Assembly: GCA_965225855.1 (NCBI GenBank)
Contig: CBDDCK010000005.1
Location: 1,664,001 to 1,728,000 of the forward strand
DNA from: Spirochaetia bacterium
GTDB taxonomy: Bacteria > Spirochaetota > Spirochaetia > SP-2023
Length of the DNA stretch: 64,000 bases
Direction of reading: 5' to 3'
Position numbers and translations under genes: made by a program. The notes beneath the pieces are model-generated. The model was given only the letters and a program-made list of their open reading frames with translations, was not told where the DNA came from and ran no database searches. Shown one piece after another: positions 1-10,906 of this stretch (positions are counted from its first letter, which is position 1; every line of letters begins with the position of its first letter).

Positions 1-1
1 C

Positions 2-394
2 CAGTCGCGTCAATTAGTTTGTAGCAGTACGGATTTCAAGTTATTGCACATACATTTTCGCGAAGCGCGTGGGGTTGATTACACAGCTAAACGCAATTTG
101 CTACACAGTTTACTGACTGCTCGTAATCACATGGCCATTATCACCGTGGCCACTGGCGATAGTTTTGATTTAGTGCCTTATATGATTTTGCCTTTGAGTT
201 TAGATGGCCCAAAAGAAGACCCGCGTCTATTAGCGTTGGATTTGCGGCAAGAATGTTTACAGCAATTTCGTGTCAAAAGTATTACCCGCGTCAATGAAGT
301 TTTTTACAGTTTGATCAATGTTTGTTTGTTGAGCCTCTTATCCAGTGATTATATTGCTACTTTAGAAAATAAATTCAGGAGTTGTCAAGATTAA
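2..394 (+). CDS. Hypothetical protein, 5'-truncated by the window edge
   Basis: Frame is open back to position 2 (QSRQLVCSSTDFKLLH...); no family recognised. Confidence 0.6.
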   Translation, partial: QSRQLVCSSTDFKLLHIHFREARGVDYTAKRNLLHSLLTARNHMAIITVATGDSFDLVPYMILPLSLDGPKEDPRLLALDLRQECLQQFRVKSITRVNEVFYSLINVCLLSLLSSDYIATLENKFRSCQD

Positions 395-414
395 TTTCTT
401 ACTAGAAACGATTT

Positions 415-1812
415 ATGGAACATATTGAAATACATTATTTAAGCTCTATAGAAGTGGAAATTCGTTTTATTGATAGCCTAAATCATGATAGCAATCGCCG
501 TATTTTCTTACTGGGCACGGCCCATGTTTCCGAGCAAAGTGCCCGGCAAACAGAAGAACAGATAGCCAAGTTACAGCCTGATTGCATTTGTATTGAATTG
601 GATAGCCAGCGCTACCAAACATTACAGCAAAAGGAACGCTGGCAAAATTTAAATTTATTTAAAATTTTAAAAGAGGGCAAGGGATTTTTGTTGTTGGTCA
701 ATTTGCTACTGGCTTCATTTCAAAAACGCGTTGGCCGTGATTTAGCGATGAAGCCGGGGCAAGAAATGATTCGGGCTATGGAATTGGCGCATGAAAAACA
801 AATTCATTTGGAATTAGTCGATCGTTCTGTAGAAGTTACATTGAAACGGGCCTGGGCTAAATGTAATTTATGGCAGCGTAGTAAATTACTCAATAGTTTA
901 CTTGCTTCTTTGTTCAGTGAAGAAAAGATTTCTGAAGAATATATTGAAAAACTAAAAGAAGCAGATACGTTAGAGCATCTGATGGAAGAATTTGCGAATT
1001 ATTTGCCTAGTATTAAAACAAGCTTAATTGATGAGCGCGATGTTTTTTTAGCGCGTTCGATAGCTGGTGCCCCTGGCAAAAATATCTTTGCCGTGTTGGG
1101 GGCTGGCCATTTGCGCGGGGTTTGCTTAGTTTTAGAAAAAGTGCTTTCTGAAAATGGCCGGGTTGTTTCAAGCCACCACCGGAGTGAAGAAGATCAACAA
1201 TTGGAAGATAATTCTTTTGTTAATAGGGAAATATCAAGCCCAATAAATGGAGGTATAGATGGGGATATAAATTCAAGCCCAAATAAAAACACAAGTAAAA
1301 ATCTACCAGAATGGCTGAAAAATCCGCAAGTGCCTGTACCACAGAATGAGCAGCTACTGTATATGTCTGGTAAATCATTTTTTGGTAAAATTTTACCGTG
1401 GATCATTCCCATGTTTGCTATCGTAATGATGGCTGCTGGCTTTTTCTTTGCTGATACGCAAAAAGCTTTACAGGGCCTTGGTATTTGGGTTTTATCTCAT
1501 TCAGTTTTAGCTGGCTTTGCCGCTCTTTGTGTTTTAGCTCATCCTATTAGTATTTTAGTTGCTATACTGACTTCGCCATTTACCGCATTAAACCCAACCA
1601 TTTCCGTAGGTTTGGTTACGGCTCTGTGTGAAGTTTTGCTGCGCAAGCCAAGGGTTAAGGATGCCGAAAATTTATTAGAGTTGGGAAAATGGTGGCAGTT
1701 TCGCCAAAATCGTATTTGGCATGCTTTAATTATTTTTATAGTGGTATCATTAGGTGGTGCTATAGCGACGTTTATCGCTTTGCCTTGGCTTAGTGTATTA
1801 TTTTCAGTTTGA
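415..1812 (+). CDS. TraB/PrgY (GumN) family protein with C-terminal membrane helices
   Basis: LLGTAHVS, CIELD..R, PGQEM, ERD, VLGAGHL motifs; hydrophobic C-terminus. Confidence 0.9.
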   Translation: MEHIEIHYLSSIEVEIRFIDSLNHDSNRRIFLLGTAHVSEQSARQTEEQIAKLQPDCICIELDSQRYQTLQQKERWQNLNLFKILKEGKGFLLLVNLLLASFQKRVGRDLAMKPGQEMIRAMELAHEKQIHLELVDRSVEVTLKRAWAKCNLWQRSKLLNSLLASLFSEEKISEEYIEKLKEADTLEHLMEEFANYLPSIKTSLIDERDVFLARSIAGAPGKNIFAVLGAGHLRGVCLVLEKVLSENGRVVSSHHRSEEDQQLEDNSFVNREISSPINGGIDGDINSSPNKNTSKNLPEWLKNPQVPVPQNEQLLYMSGKSFFGKILPWIIPMFAIVMMAAGFFFADTQKALQGLGIWVLSHSVLAGFAALCVLAHPISILVAILTSPFTALNPTISVGLVTALCEVLLRKPRVKDAENLLELGKWWQFRQNRIWHALIIFIVVSLGGAIATFIALPWLSVLFSV

Positions 1813-1861
1813 TTGGTACTTTTTGTTATCCTTTTCTTAAATTAGAAAAGTACCAATCAAA
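1808..1861. terminator. Inverted repeat after the TraB-family gene
   Basis: TTTGATTGGTACTTTT ... AAAAGTACCAATCAAA arms with a long loop. Confidence 0.5.
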
Positions 1862-2075
1862 GAAGGCTGTAATGGATTTTCAAGTCTTTCTTGGGCAATG
1901 AATTATTGCAAGTGTGCAATCCCTGTTAATTTTATGTAGCGTTTTTCAGCTATGTAGTTTAGGCTTCCAAGGTTATAAAATACTTTGTATTTTGTATAGG
2001 GTTCGTACAGAGTTTAGTAATAGTGGCTCTGCCTGCGTTTGAATGGTTGTGGGTAGTGAGGGTTAGCACATCATT

Positions 2076-4757
2076 ATGACAATATTTGATTTGGGCGACT
2101 TAATTACAGTATTGGTATTGTTGTTTCTCGTGTTATACTTTCGGGCTCGCGATAGCAATAATCGTTCTATAGATGAAGTGCGGCGTTTTTTATCTAGTAT
2201 GCGCGGCAGTTTAGAGCATCGTTTTCAAAATATTAAAAATGAATTGGAGGAGCGTTCTGTTGAATTGGAAGCCCAGCGGGATTTGAATATTGAATATATG
2301 CGTAGGGGGGCGCAGAGCTATCAAAATTTTATGCAAAGTGTGGAAGGTTTGGAAGCTACGCAACAACGCTTGGAAACTTTGTTTGATTCTCTTAGGCTTT
2401 ATGAAGAACAAATGGGCCAAATTCAGCAGCAATTTAGTCAAGTAGCTCAGCAAACAGAGCAAGTCCATAAGTTAGATGCCCATTTAAAAGAATATAGGCA
2501 TTGGGCGGGTGAACTGCAAAAACATTTAATGCTCAAATTAGATGAACATCAAAGATTGTTAGAAAATAATCTTGAAAAATATTTAACCGAGCAAAAAGAA
2601 TCTTTTAGCCAAGATTGGGAAAGTTTGAATACGCGACTGCAAGGGTTGGAAGAAGGCACAGCTCAGCAAGCAGATGCATTGCAGCGAGTTGTTCGTGAGA
2701 GGTCAGAGTGGGACAAAGTTGAACGGGCTTTGCAATCCGATGCCGAGCATTTGCGCCAGAAACAACAAGCTTTGCGTGAAAAATTCGATTACGTGTTAGA
2801 GCAAAATAACCAGTTGGAAGCTCGATATGAAAGTAGAAAAAATCAGGTACAAGAATTCCAAGAGCAGTTAAACCAGCTTTATGGGGAAGTGGAACAGGAT
2901 TTAAAAGAGGAGCTGAATCGCCATCGCCAAGAATTGCGGGAGCAGTTGTTGCTTGATATTCAAAATTTGCAGCGTGAACAAAAAGCTTTATTGGGCCACA
3001 AGACCGATGAGCTAATGCGCAAAACGATTGAGCAGGTGCATCGCAACTTGCAGGAGTTTGAACAATGGTGTAGTGCCTATTTTGAAAAATTTGTCAGCAT
3101 TGAGGGTGATATTAAGAAGGATCGCAATGCCTTGCTAGAACAATTTCGCATTGATATGTGGCAAGAAATGGAGACTGCTAAATCCATATATGGCGAGCAA
3201 GCTAACGAATTATTTGGCGATTGGAGTATGCTTTCGGAAAATTATCAGCGTTTGCAGTCGGACTTTGAACAAATTGAAAGCCGCTCTCGTGAGGAATTGG
3301 GCTCCCAATTTGAATTATATGAAAAGAATTTTATCGATGATTTGCGCAAAAAACGGCTTCAGATGACTGAACATTTGCAGCTTTGGGACGATTCAATGAA
3401 AAATCAGCTGGAAGAATTGGCCCGACAAATGGAGAGTAGCCAAGAAGCAAATTGGGATCGCAACCGAGAAATTTGGGATCGCCAAGTAGAAGTTGAGCGT
3501 AGAAATTTGAAAGAACAGCTGCGTATTTCTAAACAACAAATTCAAGGACATGAAATTGAAGTAGAGCGCAATATTCGCCAATTGATGGTCGATTTGAAAT
3601 CCGAGGCGAAAAGCCAGCAGGAAAATATTGTACAACAAAACCGTGAGCGCGATATAGAAATCCGCAAGCGTTTGGAAGAACATGGTAGTAGTTTAGAACA
3701 ATGGTCGCAAAACTTTTTGCAGATGGAAAAAAATATGCAGGAGCGCAGTCGCAAATTGGAAGAGCAATATGAATCCTTGGAAGTTCGCATTGAAAGAGAT
3801 GTTCAGCAAATGGCTAGCAACTTTGAGACTATTGAACAGCAGCAGCAACATATTTTGAGCAATGGTAAATTGATTGAACGTGCAGAACAATTATGGCGTG
3901 AAACGCGTGAACAGATAGCGAGGCTACGTGAACAAAATTCGATTTTGAATACTTATGGGGAACAAAGTCAACATTTAGGGAAAGAATTTGAATACATTAA
4001 GCAATTGGCTCAAGATATTGGCGGCAAGCTGCGGGCTTTGGAGGCCATCGAAGAGCGTGCTGAGACGCTACAACAGAATGTGAAAAATGTAGAACAGACC
4101 ATGGAGCAAAACCGCAGCCAGTGGGAAGCGATGTATGCTCAACACGATCGCATTCAACAAATGGAAGAATATTTACGGCGTATAGAAGAAGTGTATCAAG
4201 ACCGAGGAAAAGAATTTATTGCATTGGAACAGCAGGCACAGAACTTGGAAGCTCACCAAGCTCAAGTATTACAGCATATTAATGGCATAAAAGATATTGA
4301 ATCTCGTATCTCATCGGTGGAGCAGTTGGTTGGCCCGCTGGAAGAAAAAGCAAGTGAGTTGAGCCGTTTACAAGATGTGATTGAGCAAAACTCCGTTTAT
4401 ACAGGGCAAGTTTCCGAGCAAATTTCTGTATTACAACGGCTTGTAGATATAGCGCAGCAGCGTTCTGAAGAGCTAGAGCGTATGCGTTCTTGGTTGGCCA
4501 ATGCAGAAGAAAGGGTTAAAAAGATGAATGAAAATCTTGACATGAATATACACTTAGCAGAGCAAGTTGCTTTACAGCAGGGTAACCAACAAAACTTGAA
4601 TGATTCTGGGGTGGACTTGGCGCGCATTGATGCAGAAACACGAACTATGGTATTTCGACTTTCGGAGAAAGGCTGGGATAATCGGACCATTGCCAAGCAG
4701 CTCAATATTAGTGTTGGTGCTGTTGAATTAATTTTGGAGATGAGTTCAATTATTTAA
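2076..4757 (+). CDS. Membrane-anchored long coiled-coil protein (SpiroCoCo-like)
   Basis: N-terminal TM followed by DSNNRSIDEVRR; E/Q/L heptads; C-terminal HTH-like GWDNRTIAKQLNISVGAVELILE. Confidence 0.8.
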   Translation: MTIFDLGDLITVLVLLFLVLYFRARDSNNRSIDEVRRFLSSMRGSLEHRFQNIKNELEERSVELEAQRDLNIEYMRRGAQSYQNFMQSVEGLEATQQRLETLFDSLRLYEEQMGQIQQQFSQVAQQTEQVHKLDAHLKEYRHWAGELQKHLMLKLDEHQRLLENNLEKYLTEQKESFSQDWESLNTRLQGLEEGTAQQADALQRVVRERSEWDKVERALQSDAEHLRQKQQALREKFDYVLEQNNQLEARYESRKNQVQEFQEQLNQLYGEVEQDLKEELNRHRQELREQLLLDIQNLQREQKALLGHKTDELMRKTIEQVHRNLQEFEQWCSAYFEKFVSIEGDIKKDRNALLEQFRIDMWQEMETAKSIYGEQANELFGDWSMLSENYQRLQSDFEQIESRSREELGSQFELYEKNFIDDLRKKRLQMTEHLQLWDDSMKNQLEELARQMESSQEANWDRNREIWDRQVEVERRNLKEQLRISKQQIQGHEIEVERNIRQLMVDLKSEAKSQQENIVQQNRERDIEIRKRLEEHGSSLEQWSQNFLQMEKNMQERSRKLEEQYESLEVRIERDVQQMASNFETIEQQQQHILSNGKLIERAEQLWRETREQIARLREQNSILNTYGEQSQHLGKEFEYIKQLAQDIGGKLRALEAIEERAETLQQNVKNVEQTMEQNRSQWEAMYAQHDRIQQMEEYLRRIEEVYQDRGKEFIALEQQAQNLEAHQAQVLQHINGIKDIESRISSVEQLVGPLEEKASELSRLQDVIEQNSVYTGQVSEQISVLQRLVDIAQQRSEELERMRSWLANAEERVKKMNENLDMNIHLAEQVALQQGNQQNLNDSGVDLARIDAETRTMVFRLSEKGWDNRTIAKQLNISVGAVELILEMSSII

Positions 4758-4858
4758 CTTTATTAAATATTTTTTGTGGCTTTTAATTTTTTACGTTCAA
4801 AATTTGCTTGGCCAATATGATTGGTTTTTGGATAATGATCGCACTTTAGGAGGATTTT

Positions 4859-5815
4859 GTGAATACCCAATTGCAACGAATGATGGTTGTACTATTTTTA
4901 GTACTGACATTAATAGCGGTAACAGTCTTATTTTGGCTGCCTATCAATAATGATTCCGATCGTATTTTGGTAGCTAGAGAAAATGCATCAAATGGTTTGT
5001 TAAATTTAGGTGCTCAAGAACAGGATACTCAAAATGGCAAAGATTCTTCGATGGATGATATGTTGAGTAGTGAATTTACTGGGCCAAAATCCGAGTCTTT
5101 TGAGACAGGCGATTCTATGAGAATGGAAGACAATGAAAATTCTTTGTATGAGCAAGATTTGATAGCTGATGATGCAGAGCTGCGTCGCGAATATGACCCA
5201 GCTAGCTATCTTGGCAATGGTATGAAAGCAGGGAATATGCAAAATTTAAATATGGACAAAGACGGTAAGAATGGGGCGGTTTCCATGTTACCCGGAGGAA
5301 TGTCTATGAAAGCCATGCCAAAAAAATCCATTACGATGAGTAAGGAAATGATGATGGATAGCGATATCGATGGTTATGCTTACGATGTGATGGGCAACAA
5401 ACGTGCTCATGTTACAGATTACACTGTACGCAAAAATGATTGGTTTGCCAAAATTACCGGTAAACATTGGGAAGACCTATTTATGTGGCCAGACCTTTAC
5501 ACGATGAATATAAATAATTTGAGTAGTAATAATCCTGATTTGATTTTTCCCGATGAAAAAATCAGTGTCTATGAATCATTGACGGCGGATGGTGATTTTT
5601 CAGCAGATGATCGCCGGACTTTGATTAGTGCTTATCTTAAAGTTTATAAGATATATAAGCAGTTGGGAAAAAAGAAAGATCTGGCCGCAGCTCAATTATT
5701 GGCATCGGCTGTGCGCTATGATCAGGGATTTTTAGAAAAGTATTCAGGTATTATCGCATCAAAAGATAAGCGAGAAGCCGAGCGTTTGCTCAAGGAGCAA
5801 AAATTCCTCGATTGA
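4859..5815 (+). CDS. Membrane-anchored LysM-like peptidoglycan-binding protein
   Basis: AGGAGG RBS before GTG; N-terminal TM; YTVRKNDWFAKITGKHW...WPDLY...NPDLIFP. Confidence 0.75.
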   Translation: MNTQLQRMMVVLFLVLTLIAVTVLFWLPINNDSDRILVARENASNGLLNLGAQEQDTQNGKDSSMDDMLSSEFTGPKSESFETGDSMRMEDNENSLYEQDLIADDAELRREYDPASYLGNGMKAGNMQNLNMDKDGKNGAVSMLPGGMSMKAMPKKSITMSKEMMMDSDIDGYAYDVMGNKRAHVTDYTVRKNDWFAKITGKHWEDLFMWPDLYTMNINNLSSNNPDLIFPDEKISVYESLTADGDFSADDRRTLISAYLKVYKIYKQLGKKKDLAAAQLLASAVRYDQGFLEKYSGIIASKDKREAERLLKEQKFLD

Positions 5816-5956
5816 TTTTTTGGCTCTCATTGGCTCTTCGGTTTTTTGAGATGAATGGAATGATTTATAGGAGTGTCTTTACTTTTACGTATTTTCTGTA
5901 GGGAAAATTAGCCTCTGAATTTTTTTCTTTTATAAGTTGTTCAATAGAAATTTATA

Positions 5957-6370
5957 ATGAATAAAAAACGATATACGGGCTCTGAAAAACCTTTACAAGG
6001 CTTGTTACGGGTTTGTCGCAAGACTGAGCAAGAACGAGTTTTTAATCTTGCAGTACGTCAAGTTTTAAATTATATTCCGTCTCAAAAATTGCCAGAGCCG
6101 AATCCTAATCTATTGGGCTCGGAGAAAGTTCTTTTAACTCGGAAAGCCAATGAATTTTTCCGTTTAGGGCAAATCCAAGCTGCAGAAAAAATTTATTTGA
6201 CGGTAGGCTATAGTGCTGGTTTGCATAAATTGGCCGAGCATTATTTGAAGAAAGAAAATTTTATCAAAGCATATTTATTGTTTCAGGCGGCTAATGATTA
6301 TCAAAATGTCGATGCTTTGACAGAGCGTTTTGTTACTGTTGTTCGCAAATGGTTGAAAAATTTGAATTAG
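5957..6370 (+). CDS. Conserved hypothetical helical (TPR-like) protein
   Basis: LTRKANEFF..G...AEKIYLTVGY..GL pattern. Confidence 0.6.
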   Translation: MNKKRYTGSEKPLQGLLRVCRKTEQERVFNLAVRQVLNYIPSQKLPEPNPNLLGSEKVLLTRKANEFFRLGQIQAAEKIYLTVGYSAGLHKLAEHYLKKENFIKAYLLFQAANDYQNVDALTERFVTVVRKWLKNLN

Positions 6371-6429
6371 CAATATTTTGAACGTAGAGTTTTTTGCTTC
6401 ATTAAGTCTTGAAAAATGGGTTTAGTTTA

Positions 6430-7383
6430 ATGGCAAAAGGGAATTGGGATCATGATATTGTTGTTATTGGTGGTGGGGCTGCTGGTCTTACGGCAGCACA
6501 ATATGGCGCACGAGCAAATTTAGATACGTTATTACTGGAACGATATGCTTTTGGTGGGCAAGCTTTAATTATTTCAGAATTGGAAAATTATCCAGGTTTT
6601 CCCGATATAATTACGGGCTTTGAGTTTTCTCAGCGTATGGAACAGCAAGCAAGGAATTTTGGTGCACAGTTACTGGTAGATGAAGTCTTGGGATTACAGC
6701 GTGATGAAAATTTATTTATTGTAAAAATTAGAGAAAAAGAAATTCTTACCCCTGCAGTTATACTGGCTACCGGTGCTATGCATCGGCCTTTGGGTATTCA
6801 AGGTGAAGAACGTTTAGTTGGTCGTGGAGTATCTTACTGTGCTTCTTGCGATGGCCCGTTTTTTAAAAATAAGAAAATTTTAGTCGTTGGTGGTGGCGAT
6901 GCTGCTTGTGATGAGGCCCATTATCTTTCCAATATTAGTGATAAAATCGTATTGATCCATCGCCGCAATCAATTTCGTGCCCAAGATGCTTTGGCTTCTC
7001 GCGTTTGCAATAATCAAAATATTGAGGTTCGGTTATCGCAAGTTGCTTTGGAGATTGTTGGAGAAAACAAAGTAGAAAAAGTCCGCTTTCAAAAAGTTGA
7101 TTCGGGCAACACCTATGAAGAAGATTTTGATGCTGTTTTTGTTTTTGTTGGTTCTATTCCCACTACGGGGCTGGCTTTTGCCGAAATAATAAAAGATGAG
7201 CAAGGTTTTATTCAAGTTGATGAGCATATGGAAACGGCTGTTCCTGGTTTTTTTGCCATTGGAGATGCTCGGCAGACACCATTTCGTCAGCTAGCTGTAG
7301 GGGTAGGCGATGCTGCTTTGGCCGCGCATGCTGCTGCACATAGAGTGGAAGAGTTTTGTTGTCATAAAGCTTTGTTGTCATAA
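6430..7383 (+). CDS. trxB: Thioredoxin-disulfide reductase
   Basis: GGGAAGLTAA, ENYPGF, GVSYCASCDG (CxxC), GGGDAA, HRR. Confidence 0.95.
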   Translation: MAKGNWDHDIVVIGGGAAGLTAAQYGARANLDTLLLERYAFGGQALIISELENYPGFPDIITGFEFSQRMEQQARNFGAQLLVDEVLGLQRDENLFIVKIREKEILTPAVILATGAMHRPLGIQGEERLVGRGVSYCASCDGPFFKNKKILVVGGGDAACDEAHYLSNISDKIVLIHRRNQFRAQDALASRVCNNQNIEVRLSQVALEIVGENKVEKVRFQKVDSGNTYEEDFDAVFVFVGSIPTTGLAFAEIIKDEQGFIQVDEHMETAVPGFFAIGDARQTPFRQLAVGVGDAALAAHAAAHRVEEFCCHKALLS

Positions 7384-7473
7384 ATTAATTTGGAGCTGGA
7401 CAAATGGAAAGGCTTGGGGATTTAATCGCTTAGCCCATTCCATTGTCTACTTTGTCGGAATTAAAGAAATTTA

Positions 7474-8940
7474 CTAATTTGTTTTCCAGTCGTCAATTTG
7501 CTTTTGCAACTCGGCACGAACTTTCTCATAACCCGCATCATCAAGACGTTGTTGCAATTCGGCTAAAAGTTCATCGGTATCACGTAAACCAAAGAGCAAT
7601 TGATCATTATACTCTTTAGTAATATTAGAAATAGCCGCTATTTCTGTGCGAATCGGGCGAATATCTGCGGAAAAGGACGCAATAGTGGGCACCACTGCGG
7701 AAGCTAAGGCGTTGCGCTCTTGTTGCACCAAATCCTCAGGAGAACCCTGTTTCAATGTATTGGCTGGATTGCCCCACAATTTAAATTCCCAAAGATGGCG
7801 GGTGTATTCCGGAGATTCGGCTAGCTTGGCAAAAACTCCGTTTTCATTCCAGCTTTTGCCTTTAACACCCCATTGTATGGTGGCTAGAACATCTTTATTG
7901 GTAAAAATAAATTCCATCATCTTCAGGGTTTTGGTCGTATCTTCACCGTTGGCCATCACACCGTGGTAAAAATCGGGTACTAAAACCTGTGGATAAATAG
8001 ATTGAACGGAATAGAAATTAATTAAACCACCATCGCGCTTATTTGGCAGATATTCATTGTAAGGAATATCTGGTTTGTGTACCTGTGGCATAACCAACCA
8101 ATCTGGATATTCACCACTACCCACGCGGTCAAACCCTTCACTATCAGGAGAGAGAACCCAACCATTCAAGTTCCATTGACGGATTCTTCGGTAGTTTGCG
8201 ACCATATCCGGTAGAGCATACAAATTCTTGACTTGCATATTCGCATCATCGGGTTCGACCACCCAAGGAGAAATTCTATCGGTAAGTATAGGCACATAAT
8301 AAAAGGCCCCTAAAAACCATCTGCCCGGGTCGGTAAACCCAGCATTGCCAGACTTCTCAAGGTATTCTTCTAGTATTGGTTCTAAGGCTTCATAATCGCG
8401 AATATCGGCTACTCTATCGCTAAATCCGTATTTATCGGCCTCTTGCTTGTGCCAACGCAAACCGCTATTAAAGGCATTGAATATCGGCAGAGCACCAATC
8501 TCTCCCGCAACAGTCATTGCTCCCCATTGTTCTGGGGTATATAACCTGTATAAATCTGGTGCCTGCTCCGGCAAAAGCTGCGATATATCGGCAAAAGCTC
8601 CTCGCTGCATAAAGGCCTTATAAGGGATAATATCGGTAAAGGTCATAGCTGCATCTATGCGTTCACCGGCACTAATTAATGTATTCAATTTTGTAGCATA
8701 ATCGCCCCAACCGACTTTATTAAAATTTACCTGCATAGATATATTGTCGGCCGCCATTTTATTAATTTCGGCCTCCCAAGCATCCCAGTCTTTGCCCGGG
8801 TCTCCGGGAATATAGTATTCTATGGTAAACATTTCAGCAGATGTTTCCTCTTTTCCAGAACTTGCCGAACTTGTTTTTTTACCACAAGCAAAAAGCAGTA
8901 CGAAAGCCACAAAAGCTAACGCCAATATTTTTGGTTTCAT
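7474..8940 (-). CDS. Carbohydrate ABC transporter substrate-binding lipoprotein (DUF3502-type C-terminus)
   Basis: Lipobox LFAC; WGDY..K; C-terminal AGYEKVRAELQKQIDDW. Confidence 0.85.
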   Translation of the reverse strand: MKPKILALAFVAFVLLFACGKKTSSASSGKEETSAEMFTIEYYIPGDPGKDWDAWEAEINKMAADNISMQVNFNKVGWGDYATKLNTLISAGERIDAAMTFTDIIPYKAFMQRGAFADISQLLPEQAPDLYRLYTPEQWGAMTVAGEIGALPIFNAFNSGLRWHKQEADKYGFSDRVADIRDYEALEPILEEYLEKSGNAGFTDPGRWFLGAFYYVPILTDRISPWVVEPDDANMQVKNLYALPDMVANYRRIRQWNLNGWVLSPDSEGFDRVGSGEYPDWLVMPQVHKPDIPYNEYLPNKRDGGLINFYSVQSIYPQVLVPDFYHGVMANGEDTTKTLKMMEFIFTNKDVLATIQWGVKGKSWNENGVFAKLAESPEYTRHLWEFKLWGNPANTLKQGSPEDLVQQERNALASAVVPTIASFSADIRPIRTEIAAISNITKEYNDQLLFGLRDTDELLAELQQRLDDAGYEKVRAELQKQIDDWKTN

Positions 8941-8990
8941 TTATGAAAACCTCCTATTATTTATTATTATGGGCATGAGCCCTTAAATAT

Positions 8991-9890
8991 TTAAGATTTT
9001 ACGGCCCCAACAGTGAGACCAGAAATAAAATATTTCTGAAAAAACGGATAAGCTATCAATATTGGCGTAGTTGCAATAACATTCAGGGCCAGCTGCATCG
9101 TAATACTTGGCGGACTCTGGTGTACCGTACTACTCACAACGCCGGCATTTTGAGTAAGGTAGAGAATCGCACTGGTGATTCTCTGTAATAAAGCCTGAAT
9201 CGGCAGTAATTTAAGGTCTTCTATATATAACATGGCATTAAACCAATCATTCCAATAAGCCAGCATATTAAAAAAGGCAATTGTAGCAATCCCAGCTTTG
9301 GATAGTGGTGCAACAATTTGAAACAAAATGGTGTAATGGTTGGCACCATCCATTTGTGCCGACTCTATTAGGGAAGAATGAACACTCATTTTTATAAAGG
9401 TGCGAAGTACAATAATATTAAATGGATTTACCAGCAGAGGCAGAATTAAAGCCCATAAAGAATTTCTCAAACCATATACTTGCACCATGAGAATATAAGA
9501 AGGCACTAAGCCAACATTAAACAGCATTGTAAAAAAGATAATAAAGGTAATGCTATTTCGCCAGGCAAAGTCTGCATTAGAAAGTGCGTAGGCACATAGA
9601 AGAGCAAGCAGCACGGAAATAACGGAACCAACTAAGGTAATCGTTATGGTTACTCCGTAAGAATAAATGATTTGCAGGCCGGCTAAATCAAAAAGATACT
9701 CATACGCCCGAAGACTCCAAATATCGGGAAACAAACGATAGCCATTCTGGAGCAAACTTGCTTCATCGGTAAAAGAGCCTATAAAGGTTAACGCTACAGG
9801 ATAAACTGTTATAAAAGCCAACAGACCAACAACGATAACTAGAATTAAATGGTGGAATGGATGAATATCCTGATTTAGAGAATGCCGCAT
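8991..9890 (-). CDS. Carbohydrate ABC transporter permease
   Basis: EAA loop ESAQMDGA; YWNDWF; YPFFQKYF..G...GAVK. Confidence 0.9.
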   Translation of the reverse strand: MRHSLNQDIHPFHHLILVIVVGLLAFITVYPVALTFIGSFTDEASLLQNGYRLFPDIWSLRAYEYLFDLAGLQIIYSYGVTITITLVGSVISVLLALLCAYALSNADFAWRNSITFIIFFTMLFNVGLVPSYILMVQVYGLRNSLWALILPLLVNPFNIIVLRTFIKMSVHSSLIESAQMDGANHYTILFQIVAPLSKAGIATIAFFNMLAYWNDWFNAMLYIEDLKLLPIQALLQRITSAILYLTQNAGVVSSTVHQSPPSITMQLALNVIATTPILIAYPFFQKYFISGLTVGAVKS

Positions 9891-9927
9891 ATAAAACTCG
9901 CTTAAATCTTGCTATATACTTAATGGC

Positions 9928-10893
9928 TTAAAATAAAGCCGATTCGGGATTGATTTTCCGTACCCAGAGATTGGTTAGATAGACCAACACTAAACCAACT
10001 AAAGATTGATACAAGCCCGCTGCAGTTGCCATACCAATATCATTTAGCTTGACAAGGGCCCGGAAAACATAAGTATCAATAACGGTTGTTACCGGGAATA
10101 ATATACCTCGGTCTCCGGGGAGAATATAGAACAAACCAAAGTCCGCAAAGAAAATACGCCCTACTGCCAAAATAGTCAAAATAGTCATAATCGGTACTAA
10201 AGAAGGAATAGTTAAATAAATGATTTGGCGGAACTTACCAGCCCCGTCTATGCGGGCAGATTCATACATGCTAACATCTATTCCCGACAGCGCAGCCAAA
10301 TAAATAACCGAACCAAAACCCACTGTCTTCCAGAAATTAACCGTGATCAAAATGTAGGGCCATTTATTAGCTTCATTAAACCAAGCAATAGGTTCACCCC
10401 CCCAACGCACTAAAAACTGGTTGATTAAGCCATTATCGGTGGAAAGGAAGGCGAACGCAAAAAAGCTAACCGTTATCCACGAGAGAAAGTTGGGCATAAT
10501 CAGGATAGTTTGCGATGTTTTAGAAAACAGCCTGAAGCGGATCTCATGGATAATAATAGCCAAAGTAACACATAACACCAAACCGACAAAGATAAATACA
10601 AAGTTGTATGCCAGTGTATTACGCGTCATAACCCAGGCATCTCTGGTATGAAACAAAAACTTAAAATTCTCCAGCCCCACCCATTCACTATTCTGCAGGG
10701 CATAGAGGAAACCTTTTCTGCTGGAGCGGAAGTCTTGAAAGGCCATTAGCAGGCCGCCCATTGGCAAATAACGGAACAGCAGTAACCACAGCAAGGTAGG
10801 GGCACACATACTCAACAAAACCCAATTTTCTTTTTTCTTTAGGGAGGCAAAGCGTTTAGTACCCTTCTTGCCGATTGGTCTTGACAAATCCAT
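9928..10893 (-). CDS. Carbohydrate ABC transporter permease (LplB-like)
   Basis: WVGLENF, YLAALSGID..MYESARIDGA, VIDTYVFR. Confidence 0.9.
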   Translation of the reverse strand: MDLSRPIGKKGTKRFASLKKKENWVLLSMCAPTLLWLLLFRYLPMGGLLMAFQDFRSSRKGFLYALQNSEWVGLENFKFLFHTRDAWVMTRNTLAYNFVFIFVGLVLCVTLAIIIHEIRFRLFSKTSQTILIMPNFLSWITVSFFAFAFLSTDNGLINQFLVRWGGEPIAWFNEANKWPYILITVNFWKTVGFGSVIYLAALSGIDVSMYESARIDGAGKFRQIIYLTIPSLVPIMTILTILAVGRIFFADFGLFYILPGDRGILFPVTTVIDTYVFRALVKLNDIGMATAAGLYQSLVGLVLVYLTNLWVRKINPESALF

Positions 10894-10906
10894 CTACTTC
10901 TTCCGT

